Below are positions 1 to 11,842 of a DNA stretch of 64,000 bases, one piece after another. Every line of letters starts with the position of its first letter. The stretch's first letter is position 1. The notes beneath the pieces were generated by a model. It was not told the origin of the DNA, ran no database searches, and saw only the letters and a program-made list of their open reading frames with translations. This stretch comes from Octopus bimaculoides (Eukaryota), in the NCBI RefSeq assembly GCF_001194135.2, contig NC_068997.1:48431535-48495534 (forward strand), in the 5' to 3' direction. Position numbers and translations under genes: made by a program.

Positions 1-90
1 GTGTGCAGTACCCAGTAGTGCAATTTTCTGTATGTTATATATATTTGTAAGTCCTGGTATTTTTGTTATGTATTTGTCTGAATATTTTTT

Positions 91-101
91 AATTATTATT
101 A

Positions 102-181
<80 letters not shown>
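91..181. repeat. (ATT)n microsatellite
   Basis: Pure ATT run entering the first gap; a (GGT)n-rich tract follows at 634-790. Confidence 0.95.
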
Positions 182-879
182 NNNNNNNNNNNNNNNNNNN
201 NNNNNNNNNNNNNNNNNNNNNNNNNNNNNNNNNNNNNNNNNNNNNNNNNNNNNNNNNNNNNNNNNNNNNNNNNNNNNNNNNNNNNNNNNNNNNNNNNNNN
301 NNNNNNNNNNNNNNNNNNNNNNNNNNNNNNNNNNNNNNNNNNNNNNNNNNNNNNNNNNNNNNNNNNNNNNNNNNNNNNNNNNNNNNNNNNNNNNNNNNNN
401 NNNNNNNNNNNNNNNNNNNNNNNNNNNNNNNNNNNNNNNNNNNNNNNNNNNNNNNNNNNNNNNNNNNNNNNNNNNNNNNNNNNNNNNNNNNNNNNNNNNN
501 NNNNNNNNNNNNNNNNNNNNNNNNNNNNNNNNNNNNNNNNNNNNNNNNNNNNNNNNNNNNNNNNNNNNNNNNNNNNNNNNNNNNNNNNNNNNNNNNNNNN
601 NNNNNNNNNNNNNNNNNNNNNNNNNNNNNNNNNTAGTGGTGGAGGTGGTGGCGGTGGTGGTGGTGTAAGTGATGTAGGTGCTGGTGGTGTAGGTGACGAT
701 GGGGGTGCTGGTGGTGCAGGTGGTGATGGTGGTATTTGTGTAGGTTGTAATGGTGGTGCTGGTGGTGATTGTTTTGGCGTTGGTGGCGGTTGGGAGTTGA
801 AGGTTAAATACCCCGCTTGTTAACCACAATATCATTGCTTGTGTACGATACAGGAATTATAGTACAGGAACATAGGTGT

Positions 880-1085
880 CTTTGTGACTGTGTTTGTCCT
901 CACCCCATCGCTTGACAACCGATGATTGTGTGTTTACATTCCCGTAACTTAGTGCTTCGGCTAAAGTGAACGATAGAATAAGTACTAGGCTGACAAAGAA
1001 TAAGTCCTGGGGTCAATTTCTTCAACTAAAACCCTTTAAGGCGGTGCTCTATCATGTCACAGTCAAGTGGCTGAAACAAGTAAAA
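880..1085 (+). mobile_element. SINE family C, 3' half
   Basis: Matches the tail 'cgcttgacaaccga...cccgtaacttag...gatagaataagtactaggc...gtcctggggtc' also seen at 30120-30260 and 43100-43290. Confidence 0.8.
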
Positions 1086-1938
1086 GACTGACAGAATGAA
1101 AGAATGAAAGAATAAAAGAATAGTACAGCAATGTCCTACAGAAAAGGCTTTCAGAGCTGTGTAATGTATTGTAGAGATTTTTGGCACTATACTGTAATGT
1201 ATTATAGAGAGTGAAGAAAGTTTCAGTAGTGCTGGGTTAAGTCTTAAGTAAAAGTGATGATGTCTTGTCAAGGAATAAATAACAATTCTCTGAAGTGATT
1301 ACCACCTCTGGAGTGGTGGTAATCATCTCACTTTGCTGATCATGCGATCCAATGGTATTCGAAGTTGGATGCGGATGATTCATTGGAAACAGTATGAGGC
1401 GACTGTTTCTGTTGCGAAGCTTAAATCAATGTAAAGCAGATACCACCATGAGTGATATCCTGTGGAAAAGGCAAGTCACTGGATTTGGTCAGAAGGAAAC
1501 TGTGAGCAATGGCTAAAAGAGTATTGAATGAAGACTAGTAACTAGTTGATCAGGCAAGCGAAGCCTCATCTCAGTAAGGGGGCATGTGTGCAATAATGCC
1601 GCCGAGAGAAAGACCCCAAAACGGGGCGCATTCTCTCCTCTGACCCCCATGACCCTCATGACCCTCTCATCATGACCCTCATTAGTGCTAAGTACGAGGA
1701 GCTTTGAAGTGGTTGCACCTGTTATCAGAAAGTTGTTCGCAAATAATTACGATGAAATAACTTACTCATTATATTCAACTAAATTGATTAAATAATTATA
1801 TATTAATTATATATTAGTCATAAATTTGTGATGCTTGTACTTAATCTGTGGATAGAGTCGTAGAGCAAAGTGCAAAAATAAAAAAAATAAATGAAAATCA
1901 AGGGAATTTTGAAATATCGTTGAGGCCTTTGTTTTCTA

Positions 1939-2194
1939 TTGGGTTGGTGCCTAATTATTGCGGCTTTTTTTTTTTCAAAAAAATTTATTAAAAAAAGAAC
2001 AATAAAAATATTTAACAAAAACATCTTTAAATGACGGTCTGACCATATGCCAAGCAAATGGGAAGCAGTAATTGAAGTAGATGGTGAATATGCTCCGGAA
2101 TAATCATTTAAAGATGTTTTTGTTACATGTTGTTATTGTCTTTGTTGAGTAAAATTTGATGAAAAAAAGCCGCAATAATTATGCACCAACCCAA
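1939..2194 (+). mobile_element. Mariner-derived MITE with long inverted arms and the terminal transposase codons
   Basis: TIRs TTGGGTTGGTGCCTAATTATTGCGGC and GCCGCAATAATTATGCACCAACCCAA, similar to Hsmar1/MADE1-type TIRs, with TA on the left. 2041-2103 reads DHMPSKWEAVIEVDGEYAPE*, like a mariner C-terminus. Confidence 0.8.
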
Positions 2195-4329
2195 ATTTGT
2201 TCAAATATTGTGAACATTCATTTCTATGAAAATTCTATGAAAATTGTTTACTGCGATGGTTATTGTATTGAAGTAATAATATATCGGATATTAACGTGAT
2301 GTTGAACAACTGAGATCTTACATTCCCTGGATAGATATTTATATTGCTTTAGCAATAACTCAATTTATGAAACAGGTATATACATAAGTCCCATTTCAGC
2401 AAAAAACAAAAACATATATATATTTATGTGGTATTTTTGATAGATAATAGGTGAATCACTCGGCTAAAAACCGTCAAAAGTTTTTTTTAGCAAAAAGTAT
2501 TTTTTATGGAGCTGATTATCATGGAAAAAAAAACAAAAACAAAACAAAGAAAAGTTAGGATACGCCAAAAGAAGGGCTTCGTTATCCTTTAGAATGAATA
2601 AATTCGCAGAGTAAAAACTGCTTCGCTAGTTGCTTTTCTACATTTAAACACACACACACACACACATACATATACTTATAAGATTAGTCCAGTCCAGTTT
2701 TCTTAGAAATCGACTGAACGAGTGAAGGAAACACGACTAGTCTTGAAGGAGTAATTATTTTAATAAATATTTCCACTCTCTTTTATGTAGTTCGTACTTT
2801 AGTACAATCACCATAAATTGTGGATCTTCACGATTATTAAGCAGGAACATAAACCGGTATATATATATATATNNNNNNNNNNNNNNNNNNNNNNNNNNNN
2901 NNNNNNNNNNNNNNNNNNNNNNNNNNNNNNNNNNNNNNNNNNNNNNNNNNNNNNNNNNNNNNNNNNNNNNNNNNNNNNNNNNNNNNNNNNNNNNNNNNNN
3001 NNNNNNNNNNNNNNNNNNNNNNNNNNNNNNNNNNNNNNNNNNNNNNNNNNNNNNNNNNNNNNNNNNNNNNNNNNNNNNNNNNNNNNNNNNNNNNNNNNNN
3101 NNNNNNNNNNNNNNNNNNNNNNNNNNNNNNNNNNNNNNNNNNNNNNNNNNNNNNNNNNNNNNNNNNNNNNNNNNNNNNNNNNNNNNNNNNNNNNNNNNNN
3201 NNNNNNNNNNNNNNNNNNNNNNNNNNNNNNNNNNNNNNNNNNNNNNNNNNNNNNNNNNNNNNNNNNNNNNNNNNNNNNNNNNNNNNNNNNNNNNNNNNNN
3301 NNNNNNNNNNNNNNNNNNNNNNNNNNNNNNNNNNNNNNNNNNNNNNNNNNNNNNNNNNNNNNNNNNNNNNNNNNNNNNNNNNNNNNNNNNNNNNNNNNNN
3401 NNNNNNNNNNNNNNNNNNTATATATATATATATATCTATATGTGTGCGTCTGCGTATGTATATATATATGTGTGTGTGTCTTTGTCTGTCTACATACATT
3501 CCTTTTAACCACCCCATAACACACGACTACATTATCGCCTTATGGTGTCAGGCTTTTAATTTTTTTCATAATTTAATGAAGAGAATCTTTTTCTCTATCT
3601 TTCATGAACAACGTTTGGTTACACCTCATTATAGATTTTATTATTATCGACACTTAACGGTGTGGAGTGAGCTTTGGTTAAAACTCACAATAACAAATCC
3701 CATGAGATAACTAGAAGAATGATATTTGTTTCTTAGTTATTATATATCCCGTGTCAACATTATATAAACACTTTGAATAATTGTTTTAATCGCGTATGTT
3801 TTTGAGTTTTATCACTTCTACCGTTCCATTACCTTTGATAAAATATACAGTCAGTCGCCATTAGCAACTGTTTTAGCTAATTGCTTTAAGTTACACAGTG
3901 GTTTTGAGAAGACACAGACCTTTTAACCAAGGGAAACATCTAGCTGGTGCTGGTATTCATTACAGATGACAAAACTGGCGCAACTTGAAATGAAGTACCT
4001 TGCTTAAGGCCACAATGTACCACCTGCCCCAGGGATTAAGCCCACATCCAACCTTATGATTATGAGCCGAACACCTGAACCACTAAACCAAGTGCTTCTA
4101 CGCCATCACCATTAGCTTTTCATAATAATGACAATGGACTCTCCGTCGAAGACGACGAATGAGTGGCTAGCTTATCGCTGAACGACGAGCTTAAATTAGG
4201 GTTGAGAACCACCGATGTGAATAAACCCAACTTGGTTGTGTCTAATGTATGTCGTCCTTGGATATTGTCGTCTTCAATGTCTTGGGCCCTTGTGGGCCAT
4301 AATAATTAAATGTATGTGCTGTACATTAG

Positions 4330-4520
4330 ATCGCTCATTCCTTTAAATCGACGTTGCTCGAACAGGGGCACTATGTGCCACGGGACAGGTGTCGAAGTGA
4401 TCGTAGAACAACGCGAGATGAAGTGTTTTGCTCAAGAACACAACGTGCTACCCGGTCTAGGAACTGAAACCACGATCTCGCGATCGTGAGTGCAACGCCC
4501 TAACCACTAAGCCATGCGTC
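4330..4520 (-). mobile_element. SINE family B (tRNA-derived head)
   Basis: Reverse complement gives an A-box-like 'gcatggcttagtggttaggg' followed by 'ttgtgttcttgagcaaaacacttcat', shared with other family-B copies. Confidence 0.8.
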
Positions 4521-4541
4521 CTCATATGGCCATGAGTCCTC

Positions 4542-4544
<3 letters not shown>

Positions 4545-4580
<36 letters not shown>

Positions 4581-4605
4581 TAACAATAATAATAATAATA
4601 ATAAC

Positions 4606-4661
<56 letters not shown>

Positions 4662-4683
4662 TAGTAATAATAATAATAATAAT
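4545..4683. repeat. (AAT)n microsatellite
   Basis: Near-pure AAT run. Confidence 0.95.
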
Positions 4684-4717
4684 GTATTCAAATTTTTACA
4701 CAATATCAGTAATTTCA

Positions 4718-4896
4718 GAGGAAGGAGCAAGTTGATTGTATCGACCCCAGTACTCGACTGGTACTTATTTTATCGACCATGAAAGGATGAAAGGCAAAGT
4801 CGACCTCGGCAGAATTTGAATTCAGAATGTATAGGCGGACGAACAGCTACTCAGTGTTTTATTCGGCGCAGTAACAATTCTGCCAGCTCACCGCCT
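4718..4896 (-). mobile_element. SINE family A (tRNA-derived head)
   Basis: 'ttatcgacc...aaaggatgaaaggcaaagtcgacctcggc.gaatttgaa.tcagaa...ttctgccagctc.ccgcc', repeated more than 15 times in the window. Confidence 0.9.
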
Positions 4897-4993
4897 TGAT
4901 TTCTTTTATTGGCTACAGGGGCCCAAGACATTGAAGAGGACAATATCCAAGGATGACATACATTACACACAACCAAGTGAGGTTTATTTACAT

Positions 4994-5493
4994 TCGTGGT
5001 TCTCAACCATTTTGTGCCTATGGACTCCGTTGATTCCCATCTTATACGGGTGGGTCCTCATAGACATTCGATGTTGAAAAAAAAAAAAAGAACCTTTACT
5101 GTGTTGCTCATTCCTTCTCGGTTTTCCGGTTTTATTGGCGTACAGGTGCGAAGAACTTGTGGCGAAAATGTTAGCAGAAATTCGCCATTATCTTCTGTTG
5201 GAGTCACGTGGAACTTAAGTGTATCATTCATAAACACACACATCGCCCCTAGCTGAGATTCGAACCCGCAATTACTCGACATCAAGTCCGCTACTCTAAC
5301 CACTTGGCCATGTGCCTCCACTTTAAAATTTGTTCTAATATTTATAATTAAATATTAATAGGAAGAATATAAAAGAGTTGTTAGAGTATTTTCTGTATGG
5401 TAGAAGTATAACGAATTTATTGGGTGTAATTTTTAACAACAAAATCTTAAATAATCCCGCAAGGGCCACAAGGACCCTAGTTGAGAACCATAG
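4994..5493. mobile_element. hAT (Charlie-like) MITE with perfect 8-bp TSD and a nested SINE-B fragment
   Basis: TIRs TCGTGGTTCTCAACC and AGTTGAGAACCATAG; ATTTACAT at both 4986-4993 and 5494-5501. A SINE-B head lies on the minus strand at ~5225-5300. Confidence 0.85.
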
Positions 5494-6074
5494 ATTTACA
5501 TCAATCAAAAGAAGGCATTATAACAAATAAATACTTGTTAATCATTGGGGTCGATATAATCGACCACTGCCCACAAATTTCAGGTCTTGTTCTTATAGTA
5601 AAAAGTATTATTTTTGTCATTGTTATTGTTGTTACTCCTGCTGCTGTTGTTGTTGTTGTTGTTATTTGCCAGCATTATTATTAACTCCCTATTCTGTGAA
5701 AAGGAAAATCCACCGCTCAGATGTTCAGATGTTGAAGTGTGTATTGGTGTGTGTCAATAGGTTCGTTTGAGTAGTCTTATTCAATTACTGCTGTTTAAAT
5801 AAACGCTGACCTACAAACAGACGTTCAAATAGAAACCCAACCAACGAAACAAAATACAAATAATTTATAATAACAACTATTAAAAGTTGTGTTTGTGTAA
5901 CGGTTTTCTTTTCTCTAAACAACAACAACAACAATAATAAACGCACTGGAAGTCGAACACTGCTTTTATAGACAGTGGCATCCTCTCTCTGTTTCTTTGT
6001 TTCTGCTTTCGTATTTTCCATTCTTTCTGGTCTTTCAGTCTTCACCTCTAGAGAGGTGTATCCGTTTTAACTAC

Positions 6075-6238
6075 GTTTCTTTCTTTCTTTCTTTCTTTCT
6101 TCCAACAACTTCGATCTTTCATCCCTGGAAAGTGATATCCTCTTTCTTTTTTTCTTTCTTTCTTTCTTTTTCATTCATTCATTCTTTCTTTCTTACTTCC
6201 TTTGTTTGTTTCATTCTTTCTCTTTCATTGTTTTTCCT

Positions 6239-6277
<39 letters not shown>

Positions 6278-6512
6278 CTTTCATTCATTCATTCTTTCTT
6301 TCTTTCTTCCTTAGTTTGTTTGTTTCTTTCATTCTTTCTCTTTCCTTGTTTTTCCTTCTTTCTTTCTTTCTTTCTTTCCTTCTTCCTTTCTTTCTTTTTC
6401 TTTCATTCATTCTTTCTTTCTTCCTTTGTTTGTTTGTGTCTTTCATTCTTTCTCTTTCATTGTTTTTCCTTCTCTCTTTTTTATTTCTCTCCTCGACTTT
6501 CTTTTTAATTTT

Positions 6513-6575
<63 letters not shown>

Positions 6576-6600
6576 CTTTCAAGCTTCATCATCTCTTTTC
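6075..6600. repeat. (TTTC)n compound microsatellite with a ~117-bp higher-order unit
   Basis: The block 'ttcattcattcattctttctttctt...gtttgttt...cattctttctctttc.ttgtttttccttc' recurs at ~6170, ~6285 and ~6400. Confidence 0.9.
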
Positions 6601-6868
6601 GTCTTTCTGTCATTCTTTCTTTCACATTTGCATCCTTTGATATTTCATTCTCTTTCCCCTTCACTTTTCTCTCGTCCTAGTTTCTTCCAACCCCTCTCCC
6701 ACTCCCCCACCCTCCCCCACCCCCCCAATAAGCCATCAACAGATTCAGGTCGACAATCACCGACCGCTATGCTAACATTCTTTGTCGAAGCCTTACAGAG
6801 GCAGCTTTTTTTTGTGTGTTTGTGTAGGATCAATGTATATTCTTTAGATTAGACATTATCTATTGATT

Positions 6869-7079
6869 GGATGATGATGGTGATGATGATGATGATGACG
6901 ATGATGACAATAATGATGACGATGATGACGACGACGACGACGACGATGATGCTAGTGATAATTATGATGATGAAGATGAAGTTGAACATGATGATAATGA
7001 TAAAGATTATGATGATGACGATGCTGCTGATGATGATGATGGGGATAACGATAATGATGACGATGATGACGACGATGAC

Positions 7080-7112
<33 letters not shown>

Positions 7113-7253
7113 AAAGATGATGATGAATCTGATGATGATGTTGAGAAAGATAATGGTGATGATGATAATGATGATAATGAAGATGCTAGTGATTAGGATG
7201 ATGATAGTATACGATGATGACGACGATGATGATGATGATGATAATGATGGTGG

Positions 7254-7307
<54 letters not shown>

Positions 7308-7320
7308 CGATGATGATGAC

Positions 7321-7355
<35 letters not shown>

Positions 7356-7362
7356 CGATGGC

Positions 7363-7395
<33 letters not shown>

Positions 7396-7409
7396 AATGA
7401 TAATGGTGG

Positions 7410-7452
<43 letters not shown>

Positions 7453-7463
7453 AATGATAATGG

Positions 7464-7499
<36 letters not shown>

Positions 7500-7634
7500 C
7501 GATGATGATGATTGTGATGATGATGATGATTGTGATTAGGATGATGATAGTATACGATGATGACGATGATGATGATGATGATGATGATAATGATGATGGT
7601 GGTGATGATGATAATGATAATGGTGGTGATGATA

Positions 7635-7688
<54 letters not shown>

Positions 7689-7707
7689 GTGATGATGATG
7701 ATGATTG

Positions 7708-7739
<32 letters not shown>

Positions 7740-7925
7740 GTGACGATGATGATGATGATGATGATTGTGATGATGATGATGATTGTGATGATGATGATGA
7801 TGATGATGGTAATGGTGGTGATGATGGTAATGACGATGCCACTGCAGCTGCTGCTGCTGCTGATGATGACGGTGGTGATGACGACGGGAGTATACGATGA
7901 CGACACGATGACAACAATGACGGCG
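6869..7925. repeat. (GAT)n compound microsatellite array with a ~340-bp higher-order repeat
   Basis: GAT/GAC/GGT triplets; the marker AGTATACGATGA occurs at 7206, 7549 and 7889. Confidence 0.95.
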
Positions 7926-8119
7926 ATCGTATAAGAATAAGATATAGTGAGGTGGTAGCGGGAATAAAAATCGTAGGATTTGTTTTGTTTTCTGTTATTT
8001 TTTCTTTGTTATTTGTCGGTCATTTTGCGGTGTGGCTTTGACTTGGGTTTATCTTAATAAGGTTAGGATTGAGTAAAATATCGATAGATTAGTGAGAAAT
8101 AGATTGGATGGAAATTATT

Positions 8120-8260
8120 GATGTATCAGTACATTGTTTAACTCCGACAATTCCGAAAGGGTGAAAGGTAAAGTCGAACTCGGCGGAATATGAACTCATA
8201 ACGTAAAGACGGACGAAATGCGACTAAGCATTTTGTCCGGTGTGTTAACGATTCTGTTAC
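8120..8260 (-). mobile_element. SINE family A (diverged)
   Basis: 'ccgaaagggtgaaaggtaaagtcgaactcggcggaatatgaactc...gtaaagacggacgaaatg'. Confidence 0.8.
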
Positions 8261-8278
8261 CTTGCAGTTTTTTTTATA

Positions 8279-11078
8279 CAGTGATAATGTTATAACCAAC
8301 ACTTACGTTCTCGCTCTTCACATTTGACTTCAGCACTTAAGTAACAAGACAACAATTTAATCCTAACCAATTATTTAATAAGTCACATATATATTCAGCC
8401 ATTTATAAATAATAAACAATTAAATGTTAACAGTTTTTGTATTGTTATAAATCATTCGATGTTGATTTGCTGTTTGATGTACTTGAAGCAAAAGAAATTT
8501 CTGTATTTTTCTCTTTAGAAATGTGTCAAGTGATCCAACCTTCTTTGGCTGTCATTTTTCTTTTGTTCATAAATCACAATCCCAGACATCAGGCTTATTT
8601 AATCTGCCACAACTTTCTTTTTTATTTCGCTTGACATTTGAAATTTCGTATTTGAAAATATAAATCGTTTTAGAGTACGAAAAAAAGAGATCGTTGATCC
8701 TTTTAATAGTCAAATAATAATAAGCCTGGTAATCTTTATATCAAGGTTAGCGTGGTTGTACTGTTAGAACGCTGAATACTGCGTTATTGATCTTGAGAGA
8801 TCCATTCCCATAGAAGCATGGTGCATAAAAACACGGGCATAAATCGTAGCAGACGATGGGATTACAATCAGTGGAATTATGAGGTCAGAAATTAGAGCAG
8901 GTGAAGTAGTAGAAATTCTCCAGCAACTGCTTCTGACTCTTTCTGGGGGTCTGGCAAAAAGTCAAATCCTGCTGCCCCACGTATGGGCTTCCAGCAGAAA
9001 CCCTCGCCAGCCAGGGTTTGACCACTGTCTCTGGCAGCCGTTTGAATTGAGTCTAAGGCCTTATTCACAGATTTGGAGCGGCACGGCATCACCCTCACTG
9101 GAGACACACCTAAAGACCAGTTTGGGGGACTTTGGCTTTCATGATATGTATTTCAGTCTTTACTGTTCACTAAACATTGAGCACCTGTCATAATGTCGGC
9201 ATTTTGATGCCCAGCGCGAATCATCATGATATAGGTAATTCTTTTCCGATATTCTGATGGCTTCCCGTCCTTCATGACAGATAACTTTTTCTCACCTATA
9301 ATTTTAATCTTTATGCTTTCCAACGCGGTTGTTTGTCCACCAATACATCAAGCTGTTTCTGACAAAAGAAGACAAAAGAAAAAATCGCCAAATTTAGCCC
9401 GAACAGCTTGTTCTTCTATTTCAACCATTACTTCTTTTGTAGGTTTTCTGCTCATGTGACTAAAGCAAATAATTTATGTCATTTGTAGAAATATCAAAGT
9501 CCAATTGATCAGATTTATCAAAGAATGTTTCTATTTCATTTCGAACGATCTTTACTAGTTCTTTAAATCTCTCAAAATTGTCAATAGACTCTGGGCAGAA
9601 TTTGTACTAATAAATCTTCGATATTTTTCTGTATAATTTATTCTAAGCTTTTTTTAATTATTTTTATTCCACCAAGAGCATCGAATGATTTCCAGAGTTG
9701 TTGTAGCATTGATTGATTTCTAGAGTTGTTTTAGCAGTGGATCCCCTGCTTTGTCAACAGCAGTTTATTAACTAATGCTATATGTGCCGAAGATAAAACG
9801 CTTTAAACGTTGCGTTGATGTATTGTAACGTTGCGTTTCGCAGCATAAACATTTGTGACATTTATGGTGAAGTTGTACAAGTTGTAGATCATAAAATGCA
9901 TTATCTATGATCAGCTGCACATGAAAGAAATCATGACAAAGTGATATGAAAAACCAACTCAGTAAGCTAAACAATTATTGACTTTCCATATGGCTGGAAA
10001 TCTAGCCATTGTGAAGCTTTTATATGCCATTGCATTTTCAACAAGAGACACAAGTAACGGATCCTACCTTACAGTAGTGTCCAGTTGAATTACCACTACA
10101 TCATAACGTTAACCAATCTTTAGTTACTTCAAAACCTGGTGCTAATGATTTTTCGCTTACACTGTTGCTTTCTCATGACAGTCGTTTTCAGAATAGACGC
10201 ATTTCGTCTACATTAATAATTTCTGAGCGTGTGTAAACATATTTTTCAATTATTTCTTCTAATTGTTCCGGGAATAAATTTGCATCTTTTCTGTCAGCAT
10301 TCGCTGATTCTTTGACTTTCACATTATAACAATTAGTTTGTTTTTATTTAATATAAAGCCAAACATTACTTCAAGTAAATGTTTCTTTATGGTTGCTTTC
10401 ATTTTGTCTTTAAACGTCGAAAAATAAATAAGGATTTAGTAAAAATAATAGTTTGTGTAATAGGCATATTAAATCTTGCGTTTAATCATTTATCCTTCTA
10501 GATTAATGCCAGGAATGAGGATGACTCCTCTTTTATTTCGCCCTCTCATAAAATGCAAGGACTGTGCACTTTCACTTTCACTTTCACTTAAATATTTTTC
10601 TTTAGTCACAAAATTCGTTTATACAAATGACTACCCAAAAGAAAATTTTGAAAATAAATCTTTTACTGATTTTCCAAGTTTTTTTTTAGTTTATGATTTT
10701 ATAGTTTGTTTTTAAAGTTATAATTTCCATTTCTTTATATTATCAATAAGATTCAGTATAGTGCTGTGTTTTTTGTTTTGGCATACTGGAAGCGTGAATA
10801 AATTCAAAAGATTTAAGGCAAAGACCTAGTAGCGCGATTGTGAATACTGAGTGCTTGCTTGACGTCAGCACGCAGTATGATTGAATGCTTGAACAAGCAA
10901 AGTCTCACATATCACATATTATCAATGAGTATTGCTGTAACTGGACTTTTAATGAAATAATTATGAATATTCAGTTTATATTTTATGTAATTAACATTTA
11001 AATTTTGAATTTTATAATTAAAAAATAGCATTAAAGCAAGAGATCATAAATGGGAGCAGGTTAAACGAGGTATTGCTG
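8279..11078 (-). mobile_element. Decayed Tigger/pogo DNA transposon (HTH + DDE transposase pseudogene), split by a nested element
   Basis: Minus-strand remnants include NMPITQTIIFTKSLFIFRRLK (~10460), NVKVKESANADRKDANLFPEQLEEIIEKYVYTRSEIINVDE (~10330-10200), APGFEVTKDWLTL, QLIIDNA (~9910), KFCPESIDNF, LL*SHEQ (~9450) and GSLDTFLKRK (~8520). The 5' end reads TA|CAGCAATACCTCG at 11080-11066. The 3' TIR near 8279 (TA|CAGTGATA) matches only weakly. Confidence 0.85.
8715..9375 (-). mobile_element. Internally deleted DD37D (maT/mori-like) Tc1/mariner transposase remnant nested in the Tigger
   Basis: With frameshifts the minus strand reads MKDGKPSEYRKR..., MKAK...CVSSEGDAVPLQICE*GLRLNSNG..VVKPWLARVSAGSPYVGQQD...KSQKQLLENFY...PHNSTDCNPI. 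This matches the maT motifs GCVSSEGDVMPP, WQQDSAP and WPPNSPDCNP. Confidence 0.8.
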
Positions 11079-11454
11079 TACACGAAGGACTGATACAGTA
11101 CTTTGAGGAAACATCCAGTTAGAGTTAATGGGAAAACTACACAGATCCAAGACAATCAAGGGCAAGTGTCCTCTTCGAATTGTCCTCCAGGTGAATGCCG
11201 AGAGTAGACTCATTCACATCTGCCGTGCACGTGACTGTCATCCGTCATTTTAAAATTTACTGGAAGAGGCCCTCCTCCTTCTATCCCCACCTGCCTTTCC
11301 AAGTAGAGCATGAAAAGGTCGATTAGGGCATGGCTAAAGAGAAAAAGAATTTGTCTTTAGTCCTTTTAATCTCATATACCTCACAACTTCTTTTGCCATG
11401 GCCAGTAGGTAGAGGAAAATTGCCTGGAGTTGGGTGTGGCTTACTGGGACTGCT

Positions 11455-11790
11455 AAGAGCCCCTTCGGTCATGATTGACCATGGGATTGCATTTAGAAAG
11501 TTACCCTCCGAGGCACAGGTCAGGGCAAGGTTGTTTATGGAAGACCAGCAGTCGCCCATGCATACCGGTCTCCTCTCTCCATGTCACCGATGTTATCCAA
11601 GGGAAAGGCAAAGGGGCCGATACAGCTTGGCACCTGTGACGTCGCAACTCATTTCTACAGCTGAGTGAACTGGAGCAACGTGAAATAAAGTGTCTTGCTC
11701 AAGAACACAACACGCAGCCCGGTTCGGGATTCAAACTCACAACCTCGCGATCGTAAGCTCGACGCTCTAACCACTGAGCCATGCGCCTTC
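11455..11790 (-). mobile_element. SINE family B, full length with alternative 3' tail
   Basis: Reverse complement begins gaaggcgcatggctcagtggttagagcg...gagtttgaatccc (A and B boxes), then ttgagcaagacactttatttcacgttgctccagttcactcagc. Confidence 0.9.
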
Positions 11791-11842
11791 ACTGGGATTA
11801 TAGATGTAATAAAAGGCTGGACGACTATGCTGTGGGATCTGG

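Noticed and set aside
1340-1560. Possible decayed RT (YIDLS..ETV on the minus strand); similar hints at 39300-39540
   Set aside because: Similarity is too fragmentary to support without a search.
6867-7196. 109-aa poly-Asp ORF resembling an acidic biomineralisation protein
   Set aside because: It lies wholly within a (GAT)n array, has no signal peptide or splice context, and the other frames are equally open.
8879-9193. 104-aa plus-strand ORF as a host exon
   Set aside because: It is the antisense of the DD37D transposase remnant.
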